The translations under genes and the position numbers were made by a program. Shown piece by piece: positions 10,176 through 19,974 of a stretch of 64,000 nucleotides of DNA. How positions within the stretch are numbered: position 1 is the stretch's first letter; each line of letters opens with the position of its first letter. The notes under the pieces were generated by a model that did not search any database, was not told where the DNA came from, and worked only from the letters and a program-made list of their open reading frames with translations. This DNA comes from Bdellovibrionales bacterium (lineage in GTDB: Bacteria > Bdellovibrionota > Bdellovibrionia > Bdellovibrionales > JAGQZY01): positions 2,066-66,065 of the forward strand of contig JBGSUL010000018.1 in NCBI GenBank assembly GCA_041736155.1. The letters run 5' to 3'.

Positions 10176-11957
10176 GTGATAAAGAAGATTTTCCCTCTTA
10201 TTTTTGTCTTTACCGTGATTGCCAGCGGTAAAATTATCGAAAAGCAATTTAACTTTTACAAATATCAAAGTGCCAGTGTCCAGGGAAAACTCTCGGAGAG
10301 TGACATCCCTTTCCGATTTAATGACGAGACTGTCCAGCGCGGCATTCATCACCGACACGAACTTTTTACACCTCATGAGCTAAGAAAGAGTTACTCAAAA
10401 CTGCTTCCCTACAACGCATCGGTGGCTGTGGCGGATGTCAATGGTGATGGCTTCCCCGATCTTTTTTTTAGCAATGCGAAAGAGGGCAAAACAAATTACT
10501 TTTATTTAAATGATGGCACCGGTCATTTCGTCGAAGCCACCTCTCTATGGGGTCTTGATGAAGAGCGAAATTTGCACGGCGAAACGATGAGCGCCGTATT
10601 TTTTGACTACGATAACGATGGACTTGTGGATCTTCTATTGATGAAAGCTGGATGTCACAAACTTTTCAAAAACTCTGGGACATCTTTTTTGGATGTCTCC
10701 GACGCCTCCCATATATCTGAACACTGCACGTACGCCTCCGCCGCCAGTGTCTTGGATTTCAATAATGATGGATTCTTAGACTTATATATTTCCAACTCCT
10801 TGAATGCAGGCAGTGAAAAAATTGAATCCGGCCGTAAGTTAGGCATTATTGAACCGCGCAGGAATAAATACCAACTGAAGATTTTTAGACAAGATATTCT
10901 GTTAAAAAATGTCGATGGCAAATATTTCCAAGACGTCACAGAAGATTTGGGCTTGGAGGAGAACGAGTTAACGTGGGCCGCTGGGATCTCTGATTTCAAT
11001 AATGACGGGTTTCCTGATATTTTTTTAGCCAATGATTTCAATATAAATCGACTTTTGCTCAATAACAGTGCCACTTCGTTTGTCGATGCCACAAAAAATC
11101 TTGGTCACCAATTTTATTCCGGAAATATGAGCGCGACTGTCGGAGATTATAACAATGACGGTTTCACAGATGTTTTTGTAAGTAATCTCACGCGCAGTAC
11201 CTATTATGTGAGAATGATGAATTGGCTTTTCCAAGGGGATGGTCACGGGCATTTTCAGAATGTTTCCTTCGATGCCGGAGTGGACCGCTGTTCTTGGGCG
11301 TGGGGTTCTAACTTCGCAGATTTTGACAAAGACGGAAAACTCGATCTTTTTGTTGCTACCGGCTTGTTCAACGACGGTGAAAAATCCTACATTTATAAGC
11401 TGGAGACCTTTTACGTAGTCCCCCAGCTCATGATTACAGATCCGACAGGGGTTCCTCCCACCAATGGCGCCGAAGTGGCTGGCAATGATCGTCCTTGCCT
11501 TTTTATTCAGCGTGATAATAAATTTATCGATATAACAGAATCTGTGGGTCTTTCCGCTCCGCTCATTGGCAGGGGTAGTGCCGTGGTGGATTTAGATAAC
11601 AATGGCACCTTGGATCTGGTTGTGGCCTCGCACAATGCCCCACCCAAAGTCTTGATCAATCAGCAAACAAAAATATCGATTCCTTGGGTAGGATTTAAAC
11701 TTATTGGTACGACATCCAATAAAGATGCCATCGGAGCTAAGGTCACTTTGTATGAAAATGATGATACAATTCAGTTTCGCGAGATTTTCCCAACTAATGG
11801 ATTTTCATCTCAAAGTGATATCCGTCTCTTTTTTGGGCTTGGCAGAACAAGCGTAAAGATGATCGAAATCCAGTGGCCAAGTGGAACGCACCAAATTGTC
11901 TCAAAATATAGGCTGAATGATTACAACACGATTGTGGAAAACAAAGAGAGGGAATAA
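10176..11957 (+). CDS. FG-GAP/VCBS repeat protein with a C-terminal ASPIC/UnbV domain (CRTAC1 family)
   Basis: Seven Ca-loop-like repeats: DVNGDGFPDLFF, DYDNDGLVDLLL, DFNNDGFLDLYI, DFNNDGFPDIFL, DYNNDGFTDVFV, DFDKDGKLDLFV, DLDNNGTLDLVV. C-terminal segment GAKVTLYEND...NGFSSQSD...IEIQWPSG. Signal peptide present. Confidence 0.8.
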   Translation: MIKKIFPLIFVFTVIASGKIIEKQFNFYKYQSASVQGKLSESDIPFRFNDETVQRGIHHRHELFTPHELRKSYSKLLPYNASVAVADVNGDGFPDLFFSNAKEGKTNYFYLNDGTGHFVEATSLWGLDEERNLHGETMSAVFFDYDNDGLVDLLLMKAGCHKLFKNSGTSFLDVSDASHISEHCTYASAASVLDFNNDGFLDLYISNSLNAGSEKIESGRKLGIIEPRRNKYQLKIFRQDILLKNVDGKYFQDVTEDLGLEENELTWAAGISDFNNDGFPDIFLANDFNINRLLLNNSATSFVDATKNLGHQFYSGNMSATVGDYNNDGFTDVFVSNLTRSTYYVRMMNWLFQGDGHGHFQNVSFDAGVDRCSWAWGSNFADFDKDGKLDLFVATGLFNDGEKSYIYKLETFYVVPQLMITDPTGVPPTNGAEVAGNDRPCLFIQRDNKFIDITESVGLSAPLIGRGSAVVDLDNNGTLDLVVASHNAPPKVLINQQTKISIPWVGFKLIGTTSNKDAIGAKVTLYENDDTIQFREIFPTNGFSSQSDIRLFFGLGRTSVKMIEIQWPSGTHQIVSKYRLNDYNTIVENKERE

Positions 11958-11964
11958 CATATTG

Positions 11965-12798
11965 ATGATGACCATATTTAATAACCTTAAAAAATTGTCT
12001 CAAAAACGAGAGTTTTCTCTGGCACTCCAATTGTTTGCTCTCCACACCTACTTATACATATTACTTTTTCATTTTCATGAAGGACGATTTTTACAGGACT
12101 ATCTGATTCTGATTGCATCAACGATAATCGTTGAAGAAGCTTTTCACTACTACACATTCAAAAGGTTCACCCTTCCTCTGAGTGGCCTCATATGCTCCAC
12201 CTCCCTCTTTATTTTGCTTTCTACCCACTACACAATTTGGCCGTATTTGATCGCCATGCTGGTAGGAATTTCCTCCAAATATCTGATTCGGTGGGAAAAA
12301 AGCCATGTCTTCAATCCTTCGTGCATCGGTATCGTTTTTGTTACCTTTTTAATGCCTCATCTTGCCCACGCCAAAGTTCAGCAATGGATTGCAAGTCCTT
12401 GGCATTTTCTAATGGTCTATGGTTTAGGAATCACCATCGCCACGCTCTCCAAAAGGATCCTCATCTCCATCAGCTATTTTGCAGTGTTACTGGCTTTAAC
12501 ATTTATCTATAGCCAAACACTCACGCAGCTTCCTCTTATTACCGCGCTAGGCCCTCTCCTTGCTCTCTCTGTAGCCATATTTGTGTTTCACATGATCACC
12601 GACCCCTCCACAACACCACCCAGTTTGAAAGGCCAAATTATTATGGGAGCCATTGTTGCCATCCTCGACTTTAGCTTCCGTCGAATGCAGCAACCTCAGG
12701 CCCCCTTCTTAGCACTTTCTATAGTGACCGCCTTCAGACCCCTCTTCGAATCCTTTAATGGATTCAAAACCTTCTCATTAAAAACGGGAACGACTTGA
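11965..12798 (+). CDS. polytopic membrane protein, UnbU-like / NqrB-RnfD-like
   Basis: About 8 hydrophobic helices and an HMITDPSTTP motif. It immediately follows the UnbV-domain gene. Start at ATG 11965, after the upstream stop. Confidence 0.45.
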   Translation: MMTIFNNLKKLSQKREFSLALQLFALHTYLYILLFHFHEGRFLQDYLILIASTIIVEEAFHYYTFKRFTLPLSGLICSTSLFILLSTHYTIWPYLIAMLVGISSKYLIRWEKSHVFNPSCIGIVFVTFLMPHLAHAKVQQWIASPWHFLMVYGLGITIATLSKRILISISYFAVLLALTFIYSQTLTQLPLITALGPLLALSVAIFVFHMITDPSTTPPSLKGQIIMGAIVAILDFSFRRMQQPQAPFLALSIVTAFRPLFESFNGFKTFSLKTGTT

Positions 12799-13877
12799 TG
12801 ATGGCAAATAAATGGCTGAATAAAACTCACGGACTAATAAAACACGCCAAAATAGTTTCGCGTTCCCCTTTACTTATGGGCAGAATCGCTAAAGGATACT
12901 TCAATGCTCATGTGCTTAAAAAAGACGTTCTCAGATCTGTAGAGTTGGCGATAACTTTTAAATGCCAAGCGAAATGTGATTTTTGCTACTCCGACACGCT
13001 ATACGACAAAAACAGATCGAACCTCACTGTGGAAGAAATTCGTGAACTGTGGAGAGAGTCCAGAAAGCTGGGTGCCATTCATATCAATCTGACTGGTGGA
13101 GAGCCTATGATGAGGCCCGATTGGGACGAAATTATTCGGGTCCTTACACCCAAAAGTGCGATTGTCTCCATGGTGACGAATGGACATCTGCTCAACGAGA
13201 AAAATGTCATAAAAGCCAAAAAAGCAGGACTTCGATATTTGCAAGTGAGTATCGACAGTGCCACGCCCAAAATTCATGACGAGTCGAGGAAGATTGCTGG
13301 ATTATTTCATTCTGCCCTCAACGGAGTTCGTCTAGCCAAAAAACACGGGATCGCGGTTTCGCTGTCTACGGTGGTCACAAATGAGTATGCAAAAAATGGT
13401 GAACTCGCCAAAGTAATAAAATTAGCGGAACAAGAGAAAGTTTTTGTACTTCTCAATTTGGCTGCCATGGCGGGAAAATGGCAGGAGAATAAACAAATCG
13501 TTCTAGATGCAGAATCTAGAAAAATTGTCTCTGAGCTTCGGAATAACCCTTTTGTAAGGCAAAATACAATGTACAATTTTCGTCTAAAAGAAGGTTGTCC
13601 TGCTGGTTTAGAAAAAGTTTATGTAACATCATACGGCGATGTTACACCTTGCACCTTAACTCATATCTCTTACGGAAATATTCGAAATAAAGCGTTCACA
13701 TCTATTGTAACTGAAATGAGGACCAATTTATTTTATAGACAAAAATCTGTATCTTGCTTGCGTTGTGAAAATAAAGATTATTTCAAAGCGATGATTGAAC
13801 CTTTAGCTGACCTATCATCGTCAGGAGCGCAAATGCCCATCCAAATTGAAAATCATCCTTTTTTTAACAAAAAATGA
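12795..13877 (+). CDS. radical SAM protein with a Cys-rich C-terminal (SPASM/twitch-like) region
   Basis: ITFKCQAKCDFCY (CxxxCxxC) and NLTGGEPMM. C-terminal cysteines GCPAG, PCTL and CLRCENKDY. ATGA overlap with the upstream gene. Confidence 0.75.
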   Translation: MMMANKWLNKTHGLIKHAKIVSRSPLLMGRIAKGYFNAHVLKKDVLRSVELAITFKCQAKCDFCYSDTLYDKNRSNLTVEEIRELWRESRKLGAIHINLTGGEPMMRPDWDEIIRVLTPKSAIVSMVTNGHLLNEKNVIKAKKAGLRYLQVSIDSATPKIHDESRKIAGLFHSALNGVRLAKKHGIAVSLSTVVTNEYAKNGELAKVIKLAEQEKVFVLLNLAAMAGKWQENKQIVLDAESRKIVSELRNNPFVRQNTMYNFRLKEGCPAGLEKVYVTSYGDVTPCTLTHISYGNIRNKAFTSIVTEMRTNLFYRQKSVSCLRCENKDYFKAMIEPLADLSSSGAQMPIQIENHPFFNKK

Positions 13878-14965
13878 AAATTAAATTAGTACTAATCTTA
13901 GTGGCTCTACTTTTTGGAAGTATTTTTATAGTAAATAGTTTCCGAATAGACCTGCTATCCTCTGTTTTGAGAAAAGATAATTATGGCCATCATTTTCTAT
14001 TAAAAATTTCATGGATTGACTCTGGTAACTGTGAAATCTTAAGAGACAATTTTCAAACAATTTTTGTGTTGCCTTGGGATTTTTGTAAAATAACAGATTC
14101 AGGATTTTTAGGATACTCAAACAATCGAGTTGAATATTTTAGTAATGATAATAAGTATTCGTGGAACTACACTTTTCTACTCCACCATGACATTGACTAC
14201 AATGCCTCTATTTTCACCTTTCCAGAGAAGCGAATTGTTTCCAGAGCCGGAAAATTAATCAAAATTGATAATGTAATTCAAATTCATAAAAATGGAGAAA
14301 TTTTATATCATTGGTCATCGAACAAGCATTTGCGAGAAGTTGAAGATATCTTCAAAAAAAAAATAAAACTTCATTTCGTTCCAACAGAAAAATATTACGA
14401 ATACACATACATCAATGGGGCATCTAGAGTTGGCTCTGTTGACAAATACAAAAATTCTATGATTTTTAAACCTGATAATATCCTTATCTCTCTGAATATG
14501 ATCGGTTTTATAATAATAGACCCTACAACAGATACTATTGTGTGGAAATATGACTACTCTAAATTAGGAAGTGGTCAAATTCATTCCCCGAGATTTCTTC
14601 AAAATGGACATATTCTTTTTTTTCTTAATGAATCAAAGCACGAAGGTTTTTCAAAAATTATCGAAATGGACCCTTTAACCAATGCAGTTGTTTGGAGTTA
14701 CCGAAAGGAACAACCATTTGTTTTATATAACAAACAATTTGGTTCGGTTATCCCAGTGAATGATAATACTTTTTTGGTTACTCATACTTCTCATGGCGGT
14801 CAGGCTTTTGAGCTGGACAGATTAACCAATACTATTTTGTGGGAATGGAAAAGTGAAAAGATTGGAAAACTGGACCGCCTTGTATACCGTATAGAGAAAG
14901 TTCCCAGAGATTATATTATGAATAAACCATTTTTCTCAATTTATAAAACCCCAGATTCTTTTTAA
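13874..14965 (+). CDS. membrane-anchored hypothetical protein, possibly a beta-propeller (arylsulfotransferase-like)
   Basis: N-terminal TM helix. Recurring IVWKYDY, VVWSYRK and ILWEWKS strands. The function call is tentative. ATGA overlap with the upstream gene. Confidence 0.4.
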   Translation: MKIKLVLILVALLFGSIFIVNSFRIDLLSSVLRKDNYGHHFLLKISWIDSGNCEILRDNFQTIFVLPWDFCKITDSGFLGYSNNRVEYFSNDNKYSWNYTFLLHHDIDYNASIFTFPEKRIVSRAGKLIKIDNVIQIHKNGEILYHWSSNKHLREVEDIFKKKIKLHFVPTEKYYEYTYINGASRVGSVDKYKNSMIFKPDNILISLNMIGFIIIDPTTDTIVWKYDYSKLGSGQIHSPRFLQNGHILFFLNESKHEGFSKIIEMDPLTNAVVWSYRKEQPFVLYNKQFGSVIPVNDNTFLVTHTSHGGQAFELDRLTNTILWEWKSEKIGKLDRLVYRIEKVPRDYIMNKPFFSIYKTPDSF

Positions 14966-15037
14966 CATGTTATTAATAATTAAATCTTTCCTGTTCAAAT
15001 ATTTCCTGAAATTAAGTAAGATTTTATATTTGATAAC

Positions 15038-17107
15038 CTATTCGGACATTACTTCATCAATTATGTGCCCTTCTACGTAATCTGGTATAGGGACCTTCAT
15101 AAGATTTAAAATTGTGGGCAACTGATCAATATGTCTCACAGATTTCGAAAGTTTGATTCCCATTTTTACGCCGGGCCCGGCAATTATAAACGGCGTTTGA
15201 ACTGCAGGATCTAGTGGGTTTACTCCTTCCTTATAACCCGTTGCCCTAGGAGTAGTGAAAATGCCCTTATCATTTGTCATTTCCTCCCAAAAACGATAAC
15301 CAGTAGTTGCTTCAAGAACAAGATCTCCAACTCGATCTGTAGGTAAATTGAAAATCTCATCAGCATCCTCCCATTTAACAATTCGACTCACAGGACTCAT
15401 GCCATTAGAGTCCCTGAGGACTTCCAACTCGGCAATAACTTCTTTACGTAGCGCTTCGTATTTTGGCCCATGTGCCCGTTTGTAGTCGCCCCCGAGGCCA
15501 TTTGGATTGATATATATGTGGGCCATCTTAAGATAGACAACTTTTGATTTGTTCCAGTCGATTGTCGCTTTGCGGGTTTTCTCATCCACGCTAAAAATGA
15601 GCCAGCCTTTTTTTGCGAATAAATTATTGAGGCGAGTGTTTTTATAAAGTGGAGCAGTACCGTGCTCAGCCGAAAGCACAATCAATGTATTTTTATCGGC
15701 TTTTTCAAGAACTTGCCCGATGATGGAGTCCACACCTTGATACATTTCCAATAGATCTTTCCAACTGTCTTTGGCTTTTTTGGCATCATAGCCTTTGCGT
15801 TGCGTGTCCACAGAGCCCAACCACCACTTTGAAACTAGCATTTGGTTTGGAGTGTAAAAGTCTTCAATGAGGACATCGGGCTTCCATTTTTCTAGAATAT
15901 AACCAACAGCTTTTCGGTGCCACTGCCACGACATCCGCGCTTCTTCCATTGCCACATTTTTATCTTCTGGTTCTACGATAAGCTGAGGTGCCATTCCCAG
16001 GCAGAGACAGTTGTCCAAAAAATCCACCATTGGACCCACTTGGCTCGTGAGCTCTTCGGACACCGTCGAGGGTTGAACCATGTAATTATTGAGAGCATTG
16101 TACAGCACGCGCACACGAAAGCGTCCGTCTGGCCAAATTTTAATAACTCTCACTTTTGCTTGAGAAGTAAAAGGTTTACCATCAAAAACCAAGGGCATCG
16201 AAAGCCAGTCACTCCATTCACCTTGTCGAAGTTTTGCCAAAATAGATTTTTTATCAGCTGAGAACTGAATGCTGTCATAGTTGGTTTGCTGATCGTTGGT
16301 GGAATCATAAATAAAGGCGTGAAGTGTTCCGCCATGGGCTTCAAAAGACGCTTGAATGGGTTTTGAATGGGAGGTGGCCGTTTTTTGCCACCCCTCCGCC
16401 GTGCTTGTCTCTACAAAGCGGGTGAGTTTTTTGTCCAACGTATTAAAGAAAAAATCTTCAATAGTTTCTTTGCGCATTTGATAATTGGCTTGCGGTTCAA
16501 AAATAACGGCGGGTGCATCGTAGCCCCAATTTCCCCATCGACCACGGATCGTGACGCCCTCAGAAAGCTCGGGAGGCGTGGATCCTGGAACGGAAAGAAC
16601 CACGGTTTTTTTACCAGCCTGCTCAAGGATTGACCACGTGGGTGCTACTTTTTTTGAAGCGGAACTAAAGCCGTTAATGCTCGCTTGCTCTAGCGGGTGT
16701 CCTTCGGCGCGCATGGCGCCTTCGACGATGCCGTGGACTTTTGCCGTGGCACCTGTATGCAGGGTTGCGATGTTATTGGAGGTGAGGGTAGGAAATGCAG
16801 GAATGGAGTAGCCGTGGGCACCACGATCCATCAGTTTTTTAATATTAGGCAATTTGCCTTCTTGAGCCCACTTATACATATCAAATAATTCTTTATCGGC
16901 CCTCAAGCCATCAGCTGTCAGCCAGTAGAGCTTCACTTGAGGTTCTTGTATTTTTTCTTGTGAAGAAAAACTGAACCAAGTTGTTTCAACTGACAGTGCT
17001 GATAATGAATATATTCCAGAGAATAATAGAATTCCTGAAAAAACAAGTGAATAAGCTGTTAGCTTCCCTACTCCTAATAAACTGGGTTTCATGACAAAAC
17101 TCTCCAA
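15038..17107 (-). CDS. alkaline-phosphatase superfamily enzyme (nucleotide pyrophosphatase/phosphodiesterase type)
   Basis: YWLTADGLRAD and AFPTLTSNNIATLHTGA nucleophile/metal motifs, LSAEHG near the C-terminal half, N-terminal TM/signal segment. Confidence 0.7.
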   Translation of the reverse strand: MESFVMKPSLLGVGKLTAYSLVFSGILLFSGIYSLSALSVETTWFSFSSQEKIQEPQVKLYWLTADGLRADKELFDMYKWAQEGKLPNIKKLMDRGAHGYSIPAFPTLTSNNIATLHTGATAKVHGIVEGAMRAEGHPLEQASINGFSSASKKVAPTWSILEQAGKKTVVLSVPGSTPPELSEGVTIRGRWGNWGYDAPAVIFEPQANYQMRKETIEDFFFNTLDKKLTRFVETSTAEGWQKTATSHSKPIQASFEAHGGTLHAFIYDSTNDQQTNYDSIQFSADKKSILAKLRQGEWSDWLSMPLVFDGKPFTSQAKVRVIKIWPDGRFRVRVLYNALNNYMVQPSTVSEELTSQVGPMVDFLDNCLCLGMAPQLIVEPEDKNVAMEEARMSWQWHRKAVGYILEKWKPDVLIEDFYTPNQMLVSKWWLGSVDTQRKGYDAKKAKDSWKDLLEMYQGVDSIIGQVLEKADKNTLIVLSAEHGTAPLYKNTRLNNLFAKKGWLIFSVDEKTRKATIDWNKSKVVYLKMAHIYINPNGLGGDYKRAHGPKYEALRKEVIAELEVLRDSNGMSPVSRIVKWEDADEIFNLPTDRVGDLVLEATTGYRFWEEMTNDKGIFTTPRATGYKEGVNPLDPAVQTPFIIAGPGVKMGIKLSKSVRHIDQLPTILNLMKVPIPDYVEGHIIDEVMSE

Positions 17108-17251
17108 TCAAAGTATGGACATCGATTGTCCTGGATATTACTGATAATCAATCTTTTATCTTTTTAGTCAATTTGCAAGATACAAATAAACTACGCAAAG
17201 CCATACCGCATAAAATGAAGTCACAACAGAGCCGATCTTTACTCAAATGCT

Positions 17252-17911
17252 TCATGGGCGGTTAATAATTTTCAAAAATATACGTAAAACTTCCGCTTGT
17301 GACTCCTCAATATTTTTGAGATTTAAAATAGGCTTAAACAGTCTAATAGTTAGGATTTGCTTTCTTTGCTCATCATAGACGGCCCATATTGCCGTTGCAA
17401 ACTTGACTTGATCGATTGAGCACTCACCCAACATGCGGCGGCTATTAGTAACCGCTAAGATTAGTTTGGATTCTGAACCTCTAAAGAGAATGACCTGCTC
17501 TTTCAAATACTTCTGGGTATTGCAAACTATCTGTGAAGAGATATGGCCTCCATAGGGAGCTGTTCGATCTCCAAAGGAACTTTTAGAGCCTACTATAATT
17601 GAACTGATCAGCAATTGCGCCATACTTTTTGTTGGAACTGAGGCGAAAACAGCTTCCCCTTCGATGTTTTCTGTCGCCTTGATTAAAAATCGTTGGGTAT
17701 TTGTGGAAGCATGGTCTTTAAACGTTATTTGAATCTCACCGGAGGATTCTCCAAATGGAAATTTTTCTTTTTTTTCAATCAATAACTTGCCAGTAAAAAA
17801 AACCAAACCCAGCAAAGAAATTAATACAAATAAAATTAACAATTGCATCTTAAGTGAATTTCTCAAACTTAACACAGAGTTGCATATTGCATTTTTTAAA
17901 TTTACATTCAT
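17252..17911 (-). CDS. hypothetical membrane-anchored protein
   Basis: ORF track. TM segment MQLLILFVLISLLGLVFF. No recognisable family. Confidence 0.4.
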   Translation of the reverse strand: MNVNLKNAICNSVLSLRNSLKMQLLILFVLISLLGLVFFTGKLLIEKKEKFPFGESSGEIQITFKDHASTNTQRFLIKATENIEGEAVFASVPTKSMAQLLISSIIVGSKSSFGDRTAPYGGHISSQIVCNTQKYLKEQVILFRGSESKLILAVTNSRRMLGECSIDQVKFATAIWAVYDEQRKQILTIRLFKPILNLKNIEESQAEVLRIFLKIINRP

Positions 17912-17954
17912 TATCTCGCCTGTTTCATTTTTTAATTGCCCTAATCAAAAAAAT

Positions 17955-19196
17955 TTATTTTTCAATGATAAATAAATTTGCATTTGGACCAAATAAATCG
18001 ATAGATAATTTGCCAACTTCTTTGTTTAAAAAAAACATATCTTCCGCCTCGAAAACGCCACATAGTTTATATTTGAACGCCACGATCAAGCCAATGATAG
18101 CCGAGCCGGCAACCAATAGCGCTGTTGGGTTCGATTTATATTTTTTGCAAACATCATCAGATGAGCTTAATCTAAAGCCTTTAAAAACACTAAAATCTTC
18201 TGACTCCAGCCTAACACCAACCTCATTGAATCCATTAATCCATCTACTTTCTCGATTCAATTTGAAAAATGTACGGTAACTTTCAAAATTTCCGTTTTTT
18301 AGATCATTTATATTTTGCTTTATGAATTTCAACGCACTGACATTTGGAGCATAAACAAATGCCAATTCTTTAAGAATTAATTTTGGGTAGCTTTCACTAA
18401 TCCACTTATTAATACTAAAGACCTCCCGATGTGGCACTACATACCCATTAACAAGACCTGCCGAAAGACTTCTAAATGTAACTGCGCTATCAATTGCTAA
18501 TTTATCAGCATCTATTTTGTTGTTTCTAAAATGCTCTGCTGGAAGCAGAAATTCTTCAGAAATAGCCTCCAGACTCCATGTGTTTCCGTAAAACCCATCA
18601 CTAGTTTCTGGAAACTGATGATCTACTTCAGTTAAATGGATTTTAACTGGCCCATCGATAACATTACTAATTGCCACTTCATCCAATAAAGACTTGGCAA
18701 CGAATGATATAAGTCCAGGGTTCATCCCAAAATTTAAAATTGAGAATACTTTTGTGCTACTGCTATATTTTTTTTTAAAAGCATTAATTAATTCATTATA
18801 CTCGAATTGCGATGGATTTTTTTTGAGATCTTCTATCTTCCACGAATTATTAGCTGTATCCAAATAGGAGACAGCATTCTCCAAGCAAAGTGCCGCAACA
18901 GCCATTGAGGAAATATTTGTAGAAAAATTAATACAAATTGATCGATTATCGAAATAATTTTCCAAGACCGTTCTAAAATTACTTTCATTTACATAAATTT
19001 TTTGAGATCGGATGACTATGTTTTGGAAATCATCAAACTTATCAGGAAGAGATGAGTCAATTACAATCACATCAACCTTTCCCTCAGTTATTTGATCTAA
19101 GACATTTAAAAAGGATCTAGCGATTATACCGTAACCCAAAATAATAATTTTAGTTTTCGCAAAACTATCCTTTAGGGTCATTTTAATATATGACAA
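17955..19196 (-). CDS. saccharopine dehydrogenase family / homospermidine synthase-like NAD(P)-binding protein
   Basis: N-terminal Rossmann KIIILGYGIIARSF. GMNPGLISFVAKSLL resembles the GANPGLVSHFVKQAL segment of bacterial homospermidine synthases. NTWSLEAISEEF also present. Confidence 0.5.
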   Translation of the reverse strand: MSYIKMTLKDSFAKTKIIILGYGIIARSFLNVLDQITEGKVDVIVIDSSLPDKFDDFQNIVIRSQKIYVNESNFRTVLENYFDNRSICINFSTNISSMAVAALCLENAVSYLDTANNSWKIEDLKKNPSQFEYNELINAFKKKYSSSTKVFSILNFGMNPGLISFVAKSLLDEVAISNVIDGPVKIHLTEVDHQFPETSDGFYGNTWSLEAISEEFLLPAEHFRNNKIDADKLAIDSAVTFRSLSAGLVNGYVVPHREVFSINKWISESYPKLILKELAFVYAPNVSALKFIKQNINDLKNGNFESYRTFFKLNRESRWINGFNEVGVRLESEDFSVFKGFRLSSSDDVCKKYKSNPTALLVAGSAIIGLIVAFKYKLCGVFEAEDMFFLNKEVGKLSIDLFGPNANLFIIEK

Positions 19197-19204
19197 TGAA
19201 ATCT

Positions 19205-19867
19205 CTATTTAAAAAATTCTAATTCAATCTTCTGTTTTGATTTTGTCGGAAAAATGAAATCATGATTCACGTGGTGGATCCTTCGGCTAAGAGTTTGATT
19301 AGGCAACCCAACCCCCATCAGCAACACAGGCGAGTATTCTAAGTTTAAAATATTTTTTACCTTAGGTTCTTCGAAGCAAGTGCAGCACCCTGTTGAATAG
19401 CCAAGAAGGTTAGCCGTAAGATTGAGATACCCAGAGGCGACTCCAATGGAGAGCAGCTGATCGGTGCGAATTGTTTCTAAAGAATTTTGTTTCTGATGAT
19501 CTCCTAAATGAAGAGTTCTTGTCTCCATATTTCGGTTAGGATCATTTAAAGATACTTTACTTATTTCTAGCGCTTCGAATACCACAAGCAAATTAGCAAG
19601 GACCTGGCTATTGGTGGTCACCGTTAATGGTTCATAGTCAACTATAAATCCATTGGTTGCCTCATGAATCTTATGTATCAAATCTCTATTTGTAACGAAT
19701 TTAACTCTGTAAAAGGCAATATTTTGTTTGCTTGGACACTCAGTAACTGCAGTTACAAGTGCATTAACGTGTTCAACGGGAATCTCCAGAGATACATCCC
19801 AATTCCTCTGACAATGTTGACTTTTTCTTATAGATTTTTGGAGGGTTTTCTCGTCTAATTTTTGCAT
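19205..19867 (-). CDS. nitroreductase-family-like protein
   Basis: N-terminal IRKSQHCQRNWD...VNALVTAVTECPSKQNIAFYRVKFV follows the RRSxRxF...APSxxNxQPW pattern loosely. An 8-nt gap separates it from the downstream gene. Confidence 0.45.
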   Translation of the reverse strand: MQKLDEKTLQKSIRKSQHCQRNWDVSLEIPVEHVNALVTAVTECPSKQNIAFYRVKFVTNRDLIHKIHEATNGFIVDYEPLTVTTNSQVLANLLVVFEALEISKVSLNDPNRNMETRTLHLGDHQKQNSLETIRTDQLLSIGVASGYLNLTANLLGYSTGCCTCFEEPKVKNILNLEYSPVLLMGVGLPNQTLSRRIHHVNHDFIFPTKSKQKIELEFFK

Positions 19868-19974
19868 AATATAAATTGTAATTAACTTACTTTAATAATG
19901 AAATAGCAATTAAAGCCCAGTGCAGCGCGCTATTTAAAATAGTTTAATGTAGTTGCGATTTTATATATAATTTT

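Noticed and set aside
10655-11092. Long antisense ORFs inside well-supported genes. Examples: 10655-11092(-), 28626-29099(+), 30611-31054(-), 35409-35786(-), 35935-36330(-), 44230-44676(-), 15917-16261(+), 6757-7044(-), 58429-58746(-).
   Set aside because: Each is fully embedded opposite a gene with clear family motifs. They lack SD sequences and have skewed low-complexity composition, so they are treated as shadow ORFs.
12020-12034. TGGCAC-N5-TTGT, a sigma-54-like motif.
   Set aside because: It lies inside the coding sequence of the UnbU-like gene in a translationally coupled operon, and the -12 GC is absent. Likely chance.
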